From the IMG/VR virus record IMGVR_UViG_3300025674_000031: a stretch of 64,000 bases of DNA. One strand, given 5' to 3'. The position numbers were made by a program, and so were the translations under genes. Below the pieces are notes generated by a model that made no database searches, was not told where the DNA came from, and saw only the letters and a list, made by a program, of their open reading frames with translations. This DNA comes from a virus. This document shows, piece by piece, positions 36,837 to 46,527 of this stretch (within the stretch, counting starts at the first letter, position 1; each line of letters begins with the position of its first letter).

Positions 36837-37775
36837 ATGATTTCAATTGGAATTCTAACATTTAATTCTCCAAAAACACTAAAAAGTTCTTTAGAGAGTT
36901 ACAAAATTTCTGGAATTTTAGATTACACAGATGATATAAAATGTCTAATACAGCCGTCACAATTACAAAATGAAGAGATCAGATTATGTAAAGAATATAA
37001 AATTAAATATATCTTAGAAAACACCAACACAATGATGGCTGGTGCCATAAAGAAATTAGTCAGGGCAGCAAAATACGAACTATTTTTGTTTTTAGAGGCA
37101 GACTTCAGAAGCTGTAAATCTAAAACTGTTAATAATAAAATTTTAGATTTCGCTGCTAGCAAACTACAAAGTAAGCAACTTGATGTGGTTAGATTAAGAA
37201 ATTTAAAAAATCCTGGTCATCCAATCCACTGGAGTTTACAAAAAAAAGATGGAATTAATTATAATAATAATAGTGAATTATATCTTTGTACACATTATTT
37301 AAAAAATCCTCATATTGTTTATGCAAATTTTATTAAAAAAATTAACAATTCTCCTATTTTATATGAAATAAATTCTAAAAACTGTGTTTACACAAATAAT
37401 CCAAATCTAACATCGAGATCTTTTTATGAAAAAAATATTTTACCATTTGCAATAGATGGAAAACACTTAGAGCCTGAAATATTTCATTATTGGAACAATG
37501 CAAATTTTAAAATAGGTATTAGTTCTGGTATTTTTACACATGTAAGAATAGACGGTCATGAGGGAAAAAAATGTTATTGTTGTCCCGAAGAGATGGGAGG
37601 GTTTTCAAATAACATTAATTGTGTTTGTTGTACAGAACCTTATAAACCAAGAAGTTTTGACCCAAACATAGACATTTCTAATTCACTAGATGATGTGTTA
37701 GATGAGGAAAAGTTAAATAAAATTTACAATAATTTACAATTTAAATATTTTTCAAACTCAAACGGAGCAGAATGA
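36837..37775 (+). CDS. Putative GT2-like protein
   Basis: ISIGILT, FLFLEADF, Cys-rich tail. Confidence 0.5.
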   Translation: MISIGILTFNSPKTLKSSLESYKISGILDYTDDIKCLIQPSQLQNEEIRLCKEYKIKYILENTNTMMAGAIKKLVRAAKYELFLFLEADFRSCKSKTVNNKILDFAASKLQSKQLDVVRLRNLKNPGHPIHWSLQKKDGINYNNNSELYLCTHYLKNPHIVYANFIKKINNSPILYEINSKNCVYTNNPNLTSRSFYEKNILPFAIDGKHLEPEIFHYWNNANFKIGISSGIFTHVRIDGHEGKKCYCCPEEMGGFSNNINCVCCTEPYKPRSFDPNIDISNSLDDVLDEEKLNKIYNNLQFKYFSNSNGAE

Positions 37776-38692
37776 TCATCACAGGCGGTACAGGCATGGT
37801 GGGTTCTGCATTTAAGCGAGTCTTACCAGAGGCAGAATATCCAAATCGTTTTCAGCTACAAGGCATGACTAGTAATGATTATTGCAAGGGTAGTTTTACT
37901 GATAAGCAAGTAATCCACCTTGCAGCTAAAGTGGGGGGTGTGAAGGCAAATGCAGAGCAAGTCGCCAACTTTTATATGGTGAACGCAAACTTGAATGAAA
38001 GGCTTTTATATTCTGCCCATCGTTCGGGAGCAAACAAGGTTCTGTCGCTCCTATCAACCTGTGTTTACCCAGACACTCCGTATATCAACTACCCACTGAC
38101 AGAAGACCAGCTACACCTTGGACCACCACATCATTCCAACTTTGGCTATGCTTATGCCAAGAGAATGGTTGATGTTATGTCCAGAGCATACAGACAACAA
38201 TACGGCTGCAACTTTATCACAGCCATCCCAAACAACCTCTATGGTGAGAATGACAACTTTGACTTGGAGAACAGTCATGTCATTCCCGCCCTTATTCGCA
38301 AAGTCTGGGAGGCAAAAATAAATAAAGAACCTTCTGTATTCTGCTGGGGCGATGGCTCACCACTTCGTGAATTCACTTACTCAGAAGATATTGCTCGCAT
38401 TCTTCTATTCCTTATGGAGAACTACGATGAACCAGAGCCAATCAATATCGGCAACACAGATGAATATTCCATCAAAGAAGTTGTAGAGATGATATGTGAT
38501 ATTCTGGGATATGATGGTGAGCTAGAGTGGCAAACAGAGCAGCCTTCTGGGCAGCTTAGAAAGCCAAGTTCAAACCAAAAGCTGCTTGACTTAGGGTGGA
38601 AAAAAGAAAATTATACACCACTAAAAGAAGGTTTAAAAAAGACATGCGAATGGTTTATAATTAATTATCCAAACGTCAGGGGCGTCAGATGA
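37772..38692 (+). CDS. fcl: GDP-L-fucose synthase
   Basis: GGTGMVG, HLAAKVGG, LSTCVYP, YAYAK, PNNLYG, SHVIPALI, GDGSPLREF. Confidence 0.93.
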   Translation: MIITGGTGMVGSAFKRVLPEAEYPNRFQLQGMTSNDYCKGSFTDKQVIHLAAKVGGVKANAEQVANFYMVNANLNERLLYSAHRSGANKVLSLLSTCVYPDTPYINYPLTEDQLHLGPPHHSNFGYAYAKRMVDVMSRAYRQQYGCNFITAIPNNLYGENDNFDLENSHVIPALIRKVWEAKINKEPSVFCWGDGSPLREFTYSEDIARILLFLMENYDEPEPINIGNTDEYSIKEVVEMICDILGYDGELEWQTEQPSGQLRKPSSNQKLLDLGWKKENYTPLKEGLKKTCEWFIINYPNVRGVR

Positions 38693-39675
38693 AGACCGCA
38701 ATTATTAGTGGAGTTACTGGGCAAGATGGCTCTTATCTAGCAGAGCTGCTTTTGGATAAAGGGTATTTTGTTGTTGGGCTTAAAAGAAGGACTTCCCTTA
38801 TCTGCACAGATAGAATAGACTCTATTTATTCCCATAAAAACTTTAAAATGGAATATTGGGACTTGAATGATTCATCTTCTACATATAGGCTTTTATTAAA
38901 ATATAAGCCAGATGAATTTTATAATTTGGCTGCTCAATCCCATGTAAAAGTATCCTTTGAAGTTCCAGAAGACACTGTTAACACAATTGCAAACGGAACA
39001 TTGAAAATTTTAGAAGGAATTAGAAATATTTTGCCTACTTGCAAATTTTATCAAGCTAGTTCATCTGAAATGTTTGGAGACAATCCAGACATGCCAGAAA
39101 ATGGATACAATGAAGATTCCAAGCTAATGCCAGCTTCGCCATATGCTTGTGCTAAAGTTTTTGCCCATAATTTAGTTAGAAATTATAGAGTATCTTATGG
39201 TATTCATGCTTCAAGCGGAATATTGTTTAATCATGAATCACCAAGGAGGGGCGAGACCTTCGTTACTAGAAAGATAACCCTTGCCGCCGCTAAAATTAAA
39301 TTAGGGATTCAAGACAAAATACAATTGGGCAATTTAGATGCTAAAAGAGATTGGGGTCATGCCAAAGATTATGTTAGGGCTATGCATCTAATGTTGCAAA
39401 AAGATACCCCGGATGACTATGTAATAGCTACAGGAGAAACTTATTCTGTAGAAGATTTTCTAAATAAAGTATGGGATATAGCTAGATTAGGAAGCCCATC
39501 TAACCATTTAGTTATAAATGAAAAATACTTTAGGCCTCATGAAGTACCGTTGTTGCTTGGGGATAGCTCAAAGGCAAGAAGGAATCTAGGATGGAATCCG
39601 AAATATGATTTAGATTCTTTAGCAAGAGACATGTATATTAGCGACTACACTATCTTAAAAAGGAGTAATAAATGA
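38689..39675 (+). CDS. gmd: GDP-mannose 4,6-dehydratase
   Basis: GVTGQDGSYL, NLAAQSHV, QASSSE, YACAK, FNHESPRRGETFVTRKI. Confidence 0.96.
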   Translation: MKTAIISGVTGQDGSYLAELLLDKGYFVVGLKRRTSLICTDRIDSIYSHKNFKMEYWDLNDSSSTYRLLLKYKPDEFYNLAAQSHVKVSFEVPEDTVNTIANGTLKILEGIRNILPTCKFYQASSSEMFGDNPDMPENGYNEDSKLMPASPYACAKVFAHNLVRNYRVSYGIHASSGILFNHESPRRGETFVTRKITLAAAKIKLGIQDKIQLGNLDAKRDWGHAKDYVRAMHLMLQKDTPDDYVIATGETYSVEDFLNKVWDIARLGSPSNHLVINEKYFRPHEVPLLLGDSSKARRNLGWNPKYDLDSLARDMYISDYTILKRSNK

Positions 39676-39890
39676 AACTATCAGATCAAGCCATTTCATG
39701 TGTAATGATGGCAATGCAAAAAGGAATTCTAGAAAGAGTGGACATCACAGAAGTCCTAAGAGAGATGGACTTATCAGTGTCTGGCTCAGACCAGAGCCAG
39801 TTAGTAGTAACTAATCCGCCACATTTAGAGATTAAAGATGATTTAGTGAAAACCGATGGTTCTGATAACGAAGAGGAAGTTGATGCCTAA
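39672..39890 (+). CDS. Small hypothetical protein
   Basis: Translationally coupled to both neighbours. Confidence 0.6.
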   Translation: MKLSDQAISCVMMAMQKGILERVDITEVLREMDLSVSGSDQSQLVVTNPPHLEIKDDLVKTDGSDNEEEVDA

Positions 39891-40137
39891 ATATCACTAC
39901 CAATGCGAGGACTGCGAACACAGCTATGAGGCTTGGCATTCGCTAATGGCAGAAATGCCTCATTGTCCAAAGTGCAAGTCAGGTATGATAAAGAAGGTGC
40001 CAGCTTTTTTCGTGGTTAAAAAAGCTAACGTTGAATATGTAGAGGAAAAGAAAGTTGGAGAACTTACCAAGGAAACTATTGAAAAAAATAAAAAAAGCCT
40101 CAAGCAGTTAAAAGATGAATCTAGGAAGGACTTATAA
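39883..40137 (+). CDS. FmdB-family zinc-ribbon protein
   Basis: MPKYHYQCEDC..CPKC; start ATG 39883. Confidence 0.8.
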   Translation: MPKYHYQCEDCEHSYEAWHSLMAEMPHCPKCKSGMIKKVPAFFVVKKANVEYVEEKKVGELTKETIEKNKKSLKQLKDESRKDL

Positions 40138-40470
40138 ATGAGCGATAAAATAACGATAATTGTTGGATTACTTGCCGTGTATTCATCAATAGTTTCTATA
40201 CTTATAGCTGCTTTAGCATTTACAGGCTATAAGGTATTAAAGCGCTTATTGACGAATATAGAGATCGTAGAGAGAATAGAGAATAGATCAGGTGACCTGT
40301 TTGTTTCCTTGGAAGCTTTTCAGGAGCATATTGTTGCACTCCAAAACAATGATGTTTTCTTACATGAACCACTAATAATTGAACTTAAAAGGCACGCTGA
40401 TAAAGTCTCAGGAGACATCGATGATTTCAGGTCAGGACTTTTGGAGGATGCCAATGGCACCGAAGATTAA
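40138..40470 (+). CDS. Hypothetical single-pass membrane protein
   Basis: N-terminal hydrophobic helix. Confidence 0.6.
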   Translation: MSDKITIIVGLLAVYSSIVSILIAALAFTGYKVLKRLLTNIEIVERIENRSGDLFVSLEAFQEHIVALQNNDVFLHEPLIIELKRHADKVSGDIDDFRSGLLEDANGTED

Positions 40471-41185
40471 AAAGAAGCGTAGGAAAAAGACTAAAAACCT
40501 ATATTTTACAAAAGTTCACCAACGGGCAATTGTTGATTATGTACGATCAGAAGACAAGTTAGAGCGAGAGCGTCTATATACAAGGTTGATCGGACCAGCG
40601 TTCAGTGAATTAGTTGACAAGATATGCTTTACATATAAATTCACCAGCCTTCCTAACTCAGACGTTCTTAGGGATGAATGCAAAATTCATTTGTCAACAA
40701 TCCTTCAAAAGTTTGACGAAAAAAAAGGCCCCAAGGCTTTTTCTTATTTTAGTGTTGTGACTAAAAATTGGTTTATCCAGAAAGCAAAAAAGAATGCCAA
40801 GAGAATGACCCGTGAGGTTAATATACGGGATGCTCAATCAGAAATTGACGAGACATATGAACATCTTTCGACGAATTATTTAGATGAGAAAGAAGATCAG
40901 CAGTTCTGGGCCAGTCTCTTGACTAGTGTCGATAATTGGGAAAAAGAGATCCGTAAGGATGTCGATAATAAAGTTCCAAAGTCAGAAATTGACTTAAAAG
41001 TAGTTAGAGCGATAAAGGACATGCTTGTCTATCCAGAACGCCTTGATATATTAAACAAAAAAGCGGCCTATATCTATATGAGAGAAATAACAGGCCTCAA
41101 CACTAAACAAATAACTTCATCTTTAACGAAACTAAAGTCTAATTATCGTCAGTTCAAGGTAAATTGGCAATCCGGCGACGTGTAA
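40454..41185 (+). CDS. T4 gp55-like late sigma factor
   Basis: LYFT..AIVDY, ELVDKI..YKF, KFDEKKGPKAFSYF (region-2-like); start ATG 40454 with a GGAGG RBS. Confidence 0.7.
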   Translation: MAPKIKKKRRKKTKNLYFTKVHQRAIVDYVRSEDKLERERLYTRLIGPAFSELVDKICFTYKFTSLPNSDVLRDECKIHLSTILQKFDEKKGPKAFSYFSVVTKNWFIQKAKKNAKRMTREVNIRDAQSEIDETYEHLSTNYLDEKEDQQFWASLLTSVDNWEKEIRKDVDNKVPKSEIDLKVVRAIKDMLVYPERLDILNKKAAYIYMREITGLNTKQITSSLTKLKSNYRQFKVNWQSGDV

Positions 41186-41207
41186 AGTTAGAAATCTCCT
41201 AGCCAGC

Positions 41208-41217
41208 GTATTTATAG
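41208..41217 (+). promoter_or_regulatory. GTATTTATAG late-type motif
   Basis: Upstream of an AGGAG RBS and ATG 41234. Confidence 0.5.
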
Positions 41218-41233
41218 TAGCAGGAGATCGGCT

Positions 41234-41542
41234 ATGTCTAATAAAACTCAAGAACTTTTTGATGAAGCGATAAAAAATATTCGGAAGGATAGAAAAGAAA
41301 CAGAGGGTCTGCTTAAAGACCTTATGAGAGACATCAAGGCCGATAAAACAGACTATGCTAGGTCAGGCGGCACTACGGCAAAATACCTAGAATCTCTCCA
41401 ACGTTCAAACGAACAATTAGTCAAAATAGTAATGACCTTGATGAAGCAGCAAGGCGACCTGAACGAAGAACTCGACGACGACGAAAAGGCAGAGGTGTAT
41501 GAACTCATTCAGGGTGGAAACCGCCGCCGTATTGAGGATTAA
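41234..41542 (+). CDS. Hypothetical helical protein
   Basis: RBS plus motif; coupled to the next gene. Confidence 0.7.
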   Translation: MSNKTQELFDEAIKNIRKDRKETEGLLKDLMRDIKADKTDYARSGGTTAKYLESLQRSNEQLVKIVMTLMKQQGDLNEELDDDEKAEVYELIQGGNRRRIED

Positions 41543-42099
41543 TGAGCACCAACGTAGGCAAGCCAAAAGCCGCTAAAAGAAAAATCTCTTATGAGATTTC
41601 TTATGAAGAATTCATAAGTGAGTCTATTCTTGAAAGCGCTCAAAGAGATAAGCCTGATGAATTTATGGCTTATGTCAGGGAAATCGTTCAGTATCAAAAC
41701 GACAGACAAGATTTTTTCTTCTCAAATACAGACCCGTTTCATTTTCCTGAAGTGAATGAGAAAAGGATGATGAATGCTGGCTTTATTAAAAATTATCCGC
41801 AAGTGACCTACATGCATGTAGAGATCCCTGCTGTTTTTAATAATATGTTTTCAACCGAAAAGAATCCCCAAGTGACACTTTTTACTTTAGTAAAAGTTGA
41901 TATCACGCATTTAAATAGAAAGCCGGCCAAGGGAGACATAGTCTATATCAAGTTTAAAGATCCTAAAGACCTGACCGGCCCCTCCTTTTCATCTTTTAAG
42001 CAAGACAAGCAAGGCCGCTCAGTCGTGAAGAATGACGATACAGTAACTTTCAAGATTCAAGAAAAAGTATTTGGGGTTACAGAGGAGGATTTGGTATAA
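41542..42099 (+). CDS. Hypothetical protein, possibly baseplate hub-associated
   Basis: Position only. Confidence 0.45.
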   Translation: MSTNVGKPKAAKRKISYEISYEEFISESILESAQRDKPDEFMAYVREIVQYQNDRQDFFFSNTDPFHFPEVNEKRMMNAGFIKNYPQVTYMHVEIPAVFNNMFSTEKNPQVTLFTLVKVDITHLNRKPAKGDIVYIKFKDPKDLTGPSFSSFKQDKQGRSVVKNDDTVTFKIQEKVFGVTEEDLV

Positions 42100-43013
42100 T
42101 GTCTTCGGTAAGATTAATACCTAACAATATCGACAATGATCCTGATGATATTTCTCCACGAATAATTGCCAAGCAAATAAACGTTACGCCCCTAATCAGT
42201 TACGAACCCGGACCCCGTGACGGAACATACATCTTTAGCTATCGTGACTATAGAGAAGGTAAAATTAATAGCCACACGGCGACCCTTTTAATGGGCGCAG
42301 GAGTCACAAAGGAATCAGACTATGAAATAAACTGGTCAAGTCCAGAAGTTGCTACCCAGCGTTCCGGCGCAGATATGGCCGCCGGCCTAATTCTTCACGA
42401 GGGCGCTGAAACTCCCCCTAATAAGGCTTTTTTAAGCTATCGTGGAGAGTCAGAATCCAGTGTTTCTTTAGTAGTCCCCGGATTTTATCAAGATAATGAA
42501 GAAATTCCCTATAAGGGCCTTTCTAGCAACACTATGTTTGCAGATATCGTACAGTTCGTCGCTCGTGGAGATGTTAATTTATATGCGGGCGCATCCTCTA
42601 AATTTACTCATGGACAACCAAACTTAACTAGGAACTCAATAAATCTCATAGCTGGAAATAGGCAGGAAGACTATGAGCAAAACCCGGAGTCGGCGTATAC
42701 ATTAGAACCCTTGTTAAAAGGCTATAAAACCCTTGCCCTTATAGAAGAAGTTTTGAACCAAGCCTCATCAACGACTGGAAACGCCATAGACATGTCTGTC
42801 CGCAAGATCCTTGATGATATTCTAACAGTTTCGCTGCCTGCTGGAGGAATTCCGGGCCCCGTCTACGGTAAGATTGTGTCAGTGGCGGTGAACACTCCAA
42901 AAGAAATTGCCGGCGTGCTACGAGGCGTTGCAGATATTTATAACCAGACAGCCCTTGCCTACAATATGACTGCGACGACCTTATCTCCATTAAGTATAAA
43001 CAGGACAAACTAG
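42099..43013 (+). CDS. Hypothetical protein, possibly gp5/central spike-related
   Basis: Upstream of the gp25-like gene; beta-rich segment; the function call is weak. Confidence 0.4.
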   Translation: MSSVRLIPNNIDNDPDDISPRIIAKQINVTPLISYEPGPRDGTYIFSYRDYREGKINSHTATLLMGAGVTKESDYEINWSSPEVATQRSGADMAAGLILHEGAETPPNKAFLSYRGESESSVSLVVPGFYQDNEEIPYKGLSSNTMFADIVQFVARGDVNLYAGASSKFTHGQPNLTRNSINLIAGNRQEDYEQNPESAYTLEPLLKGYKTLALIEEVLNQASSTTGNAIDMSVRKILDDILTVSLPAGGIPGPVYGKIVSVAVNTPKEIAGVLRGVADIYNQTALAYNMTATTLSPLSINRTN

Positions 43014-43014
43014 T

Positions 43015-44832
43015 ATGACGGAAGACAGAGGAATTGTAAACGACTCGGAAAGAAGTACGGCTCATGTCGTCTTTAATCCGCTTACAGAAGAAAGAACAGA
43101 ATACATGGTTGATGGAACGTCCATTGCTTCAGCACTAGTGTATGCAGCAGGGGCTGTCAATATTTATAATCAAATTGCCTCGATAGGTGGCCTATCATCG
43201 CTTGGGGATGAATTTGACCCTAATGTTGAGATATTTTGCAAGCCAGTTCCCGAAGAAGAACCAGTTGAAGGCTCCCAATCATCGACTGATTACGTTGAAA
43301 AATGTTTTGAAACAAAGGGTGGCATATATCGAGAAATAGGAGATACTTTCAAACAGGCCAAAGATTTGAAACTTGGGCCGAATATTCTTAATTTTTTGAG
43401 CCTTCTGAATAAAGCGTCACAGCCAACGAATCTGCTGGAATGTGTGAATCCTTACTTTTCAAAGTTTTTTCACTTGATCCCTTATCAACTCATCATCAAA
43501 GACTTACTGTCTAAGGCTCTAGAGGGCCTCGGTGATGAAGACAAGCAAGAGGTCTTTAGCAATCTCGGAGATAAGTGTGGACCCGAACTTAAGCTTATAT
43601 ACGAAACCACAGACCCGCTAGATTTAGGAAAATTAGAACCTTTTAACCTACCTCCACTGCCATACGTTAGAATACCAAAACTAGTAGATATAATAAGAAA
43701 GTTTATTATGGATGCTTATTGTCTTGGCTTATGCAATTTTTTGACACCATTTATGGATGGTATAGCGAAAAAGCTCGTGAATAAGCTTTCCAAGATCGAT
43801 GCCCTTGGGCCAGAATCTAATCTTACTATCGAAGTCGAAGAATACGAGAAGAGAGATCTGTCAGAGTACGTTATTGGCCAAGCTTTAGTTGAGGCAGTCA
43901 ACACGGGATTAATAAGCCCCGTTGTTGATGGTTACGATAAGTCGATTAGGAGGGAAGAAAACTTAACTTTGCCTCTTGCGGAGATAGACTCAACCGGTAA
44001 CGAAGTAGTTGCCAACATAAGAGATCTTTTTAATTTACTCTACAATGATCCAGAGCCAGAAGTAGAAGGTGGCAAGATGGCTTTTTTGATGTTTGGCCAA
44101 GCAACTTGTGAAACTTTAGACTACATTGCCAATATCATAAGTCAGGATGATGATTTGTCGACAATTTTCAAGTTTGCCGGTCTTTCAGCCCAACAGAAAC
44201 AAAAAAAAGTTCTTGATTTTTTTAGGTTTATCGGAGAATTTTCAAACAAGATCAGCCTAGTCAACGACTCTATTCCGCCAGATTGCCCAATCGAGCCATG
44301 TACGTTAGATGATATAGACATACAGGACATAAGTGGCTTTTGTCTTCCAGAACCAGAATTGGATACACCAGACTTCTCAGGGCTCTTTGGACTAGATAGT
44401 GCCTCCGCAGCAGTGTTTAGAGTGTTGGTGCAGCCTGTTTTTGACAAGTATCAAGTAGCCCGCCGAACCTACAATTTTGGCGAATATGCAGCAAAAGGGT
44501 TTAGTTCAGAGGGAGAGAAAATGAATGTGTATATTAGAAACATATTTGATGTACCGGATGGGTTAAACTTAGAGCTTGATTATTCAGATTTACTATTTGG
44601 ACCTAGGAACGAATCGGATGAAACAAAAGAAGCTAAAAATTCAAAATTGGTTTCCGAGTACGAGAGCTTAAAAGCTAAGGAAATATTTGAATCGGGCTTT
44701 GATATGTCGGAGACAGATGCCCTCATTGCAGAAAGCTCAAGCTTTTTGACGAGTGAAGAGAAAAGAGACCTTTCTTTACTATCGGAAGCTTGGTTGGCCA
44801 AAATTATCAAGCTAGAAAACGGGGTAGTATAA
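43015..44832 (+). CDS. Hypothetical acidic virion-region protein
   Basis: Long ORF in the structural operon. Confidence 0.65.
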   Translation: MTEDRGIVNDSERSTAHVVFNPLTEERTEYMVDGTSIASALVYAAGAVNIYNQIASIGGLSSLGDEFDPNVEIFCKPVPEEEPVEGSQSSTDYVEKCFETKGGIYREIGDTFKQAKDLKLGPNILNFLSLLNKASQPTNLLECVNPYFSKFFHLIPYQLIIKDLLSKALEGLGDEDKQEVFSNLGDKCGPELKLIYETTDPLDLGKLEPFNLPPLPYVRIPKLVDIIRKFIMDAYCLGLCNFLTPFMDGIAKKLVNKLSKIDALGPESNLTIEVEEYEKRDLSEYVIGQALVEAVNTGLISPVVDGYDKSIRREENLTLPLAEIDSTGNEVVANIRDLFNLLYNDPEPEVEGGKMAFLMFGQATCETLDYIANIISQDDDLSTIFKFAGLSAQQKQKKVLDFFRFIGEFSNKISLVNDSIPPDCPIEPCTLDDIDIQDISGFCLPEPELDTPDFSGLFGLDSASAAVFRVLVQPVFDKYQVARRTYNFGEYAAKGFSSEGEKMNVYIRNIFDVPDGLNLELDYSDLLFGPRNESDETKEAKNSKLVSEYESLKAKEIFESGFDMSETDALIAESSSFLTSEEKRDLSLLSEAWLAKIIKLENGVV

Positions 44833-44834
44833 AA

Positions 44835-46118
44835 ATGCAGAACCAAAATGCCATCTTGATAAAAAATGCAGAGAAGATTCTTCAAACTAAAATACGCCTT
44901 TGGGTGGCTAGGTCGATAAATAAGCTAAGCTATATACAGAGCGATAAAGGATTCGAGGAATTTCTAAAAGATTCTAGGTTTGCCGCTAAGGAAATATTGG
45001 CCACGCCCACAAACACCTCTGAAAACTTACAAAAGGCCTATATAAAGCTTATTGATTTTGCTAGCTTGCTGGTACTTGCTTTAAGATATTGCGAAGACAA
45101 GGATGTTAAGTTTGCTGACGTTACTGACGACTTAAAAAGCACTATCGAAGACGATTTTGGAAAAGAAATACCTACAATATCCACTTCTTTGTACTCTTCA
45201 TACCAGCCAAAATTCTTATACATTTTTTACTATTCCGAAATAGATAAAATAAAAAATTCTGCACTAGACGCCAACTATCTTCCTGTAAATAAAATAGCCG
45301 ATCCCATACCTAGGCTTCCAGCAGAGCTATTCACTAGTAATATATCAGTGGTAGGGTTGAAAAATAGGATAAAATCTGAATATTCTTATTTTGTTTCAAC
45401 GTCTCGAAATATATCAGCGATATCTAATAAAAAAGAAAATAGTATTGAATACTATAATGTGTCTTATAGAGTTGAAGGGAACATAAACGACTTAAAGAAA
45501 ATTAAGTCTGACCAGATATTAAAAAACAAGACATTCTTTATCACAATTGAACCGGGGGCTGGGACTATAACATATCTTTGTTATTATGATACCCAATCTA
45601 CACTAGACTTGACATATTTGGCAGATTTTTTGGTTAAGTTGAAAGACGGCACAACGATTATAGCTGCTCCGATCTTTATAACCAATGGCATACCATCAAC
45701 GGTTACTCCAGAAATTCCAGTTGATAATATTGTGGCTCATGCTTTTTTTGAGAGGTTCTATATTGTGAACACTTTCTTAGATAATGAACAAAAGTACTAT
45801 AGATTTTTATTGAGAAATCATAATTACGGCAAGTTTGAAGAACTCAACCCGCTGCCCGAGAACACCCCGCTTGGGAATGGAGAGCATTACTTACCCGATT
45901 TTACTACAAGAACAGATAAAAATTTTTTCAAGATATATCGTGAGGTAATAAAGATGGTTAATAAGAAAGAGGGAGAACACCCGATTAATCCATTTATATA
46001 TAACTTTTCAGTGATTGCAGATCGCCACAACCAGACCCCTTTTTCATCAGAAGAGTTTCAGATGATGTCTAGCCGTCTGGACGCCGCCTTATATTTCACT
46101 TTGCAAACATACCTATAG
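44835..46118 (+). CDS. Hypothetical protein
   Basis: Start ATG 44835 preferred (directly after the upstream stop). Confidence 0.6.
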   Translation: MQNQNAILIKNAEKILQTKIRLWVARSINKLSYIQSDKGFEEFLKDSRFAAKEILATPTNTSENLQKAYIKLIDFASLLVLALRYCEDKDVKFADVTDDLKSTIEDDFGKEIPTISTSLYSSYQPKFLYIFYYSEIDKIKNSALDANYLPVNKIADPIPRLPAELFTSNISVVGLKNRIKSEYSYFVSTSRNISAISNKKENSIEYYNVSYRVEGNINDLKKIKSDQILKNKTFFITIEPGAGTITYLCYYDTQSTLDLTYLADFLVKLKDGTTIIAAPIFITNGIPSTVTPEIPVDNIVAHAFFERFYIVNTFLDNEQKYYRFLLRNHNYGKFEELNPLPENTPLGNGEHYLPDFTTRTDKNFFKIYREVIKMVNKKEGEHPINPFIYNFSVIADRHNQTPFSSEEFQMMSSRLDAALYFTLQTYL

Positions 46119-46120
46119 TA

Positions 46121-46130
46121 GTATTTATTA
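46121..46130 (+). promoter_or_regulatory. GTATTTATTA late-type motif
   Basis: 1 nt before the ATG of the gp25-like gene. Confidence 0.5.
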
Positions 46131-46131
46131 C

Positions 46132-46521
46132 ATGGCAGTGGCACCTAAGATATCAGTAAGTCTACCCCTACAGTATGGCGACAAAGATGGTCCATATGAA
46201 ATGCTTGACAATTTAAGAGATGTAGTTAGGCAGCACTTCAAGAACTTAATACTGACTATTCCGGGGGAAAGAGTGATGATTCCGGATTTTGGGATAGGAG
46301 TTCACCAGTACCTTTTCGAACAGCCCAGCCCTCAAATACTGGACGAGATTAGGTCGAAGATCCAGCAAAAAACAAGAAAATATATTCCATCTATTGTTCT
46401 AAGCAACATATTCTTGAATTTTGATGAGTCAACTAGCTCATTACTAATTAAGATAGAGTATTTCATAGCAAAACTCAACGCCGCAGATACGCTCGAACTG
46501 TCAGTATCCGCCCCATTGTAG
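46132..46521 (+). CDS. Baseplate wedge subunit, gp25/GPW-like
   Basis: KNLILTIPGERVMIPDFGIGV..LFE. Confidence 0.9.
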   Translation: MAVAPKISVSLPLQYGDKDGPYEMLDNLRDVVRQHFKNLILTIPGERVMIPDFGIGVHQYLFEQPSPQILDEIRSKIQQKTRKYIPSIVLSNIFLNFDESTSSLLIKIEYFIAKLNAADTLELSVSAPL

Positions 46522-46527
46522 GAAAAA

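Noticed and set aside
42093-42100. Perfect extended -10 TGGTATAAT
   Set aside because: It is explained by the GTA-TAA-TG stop/start overlap, and no -35 was found.
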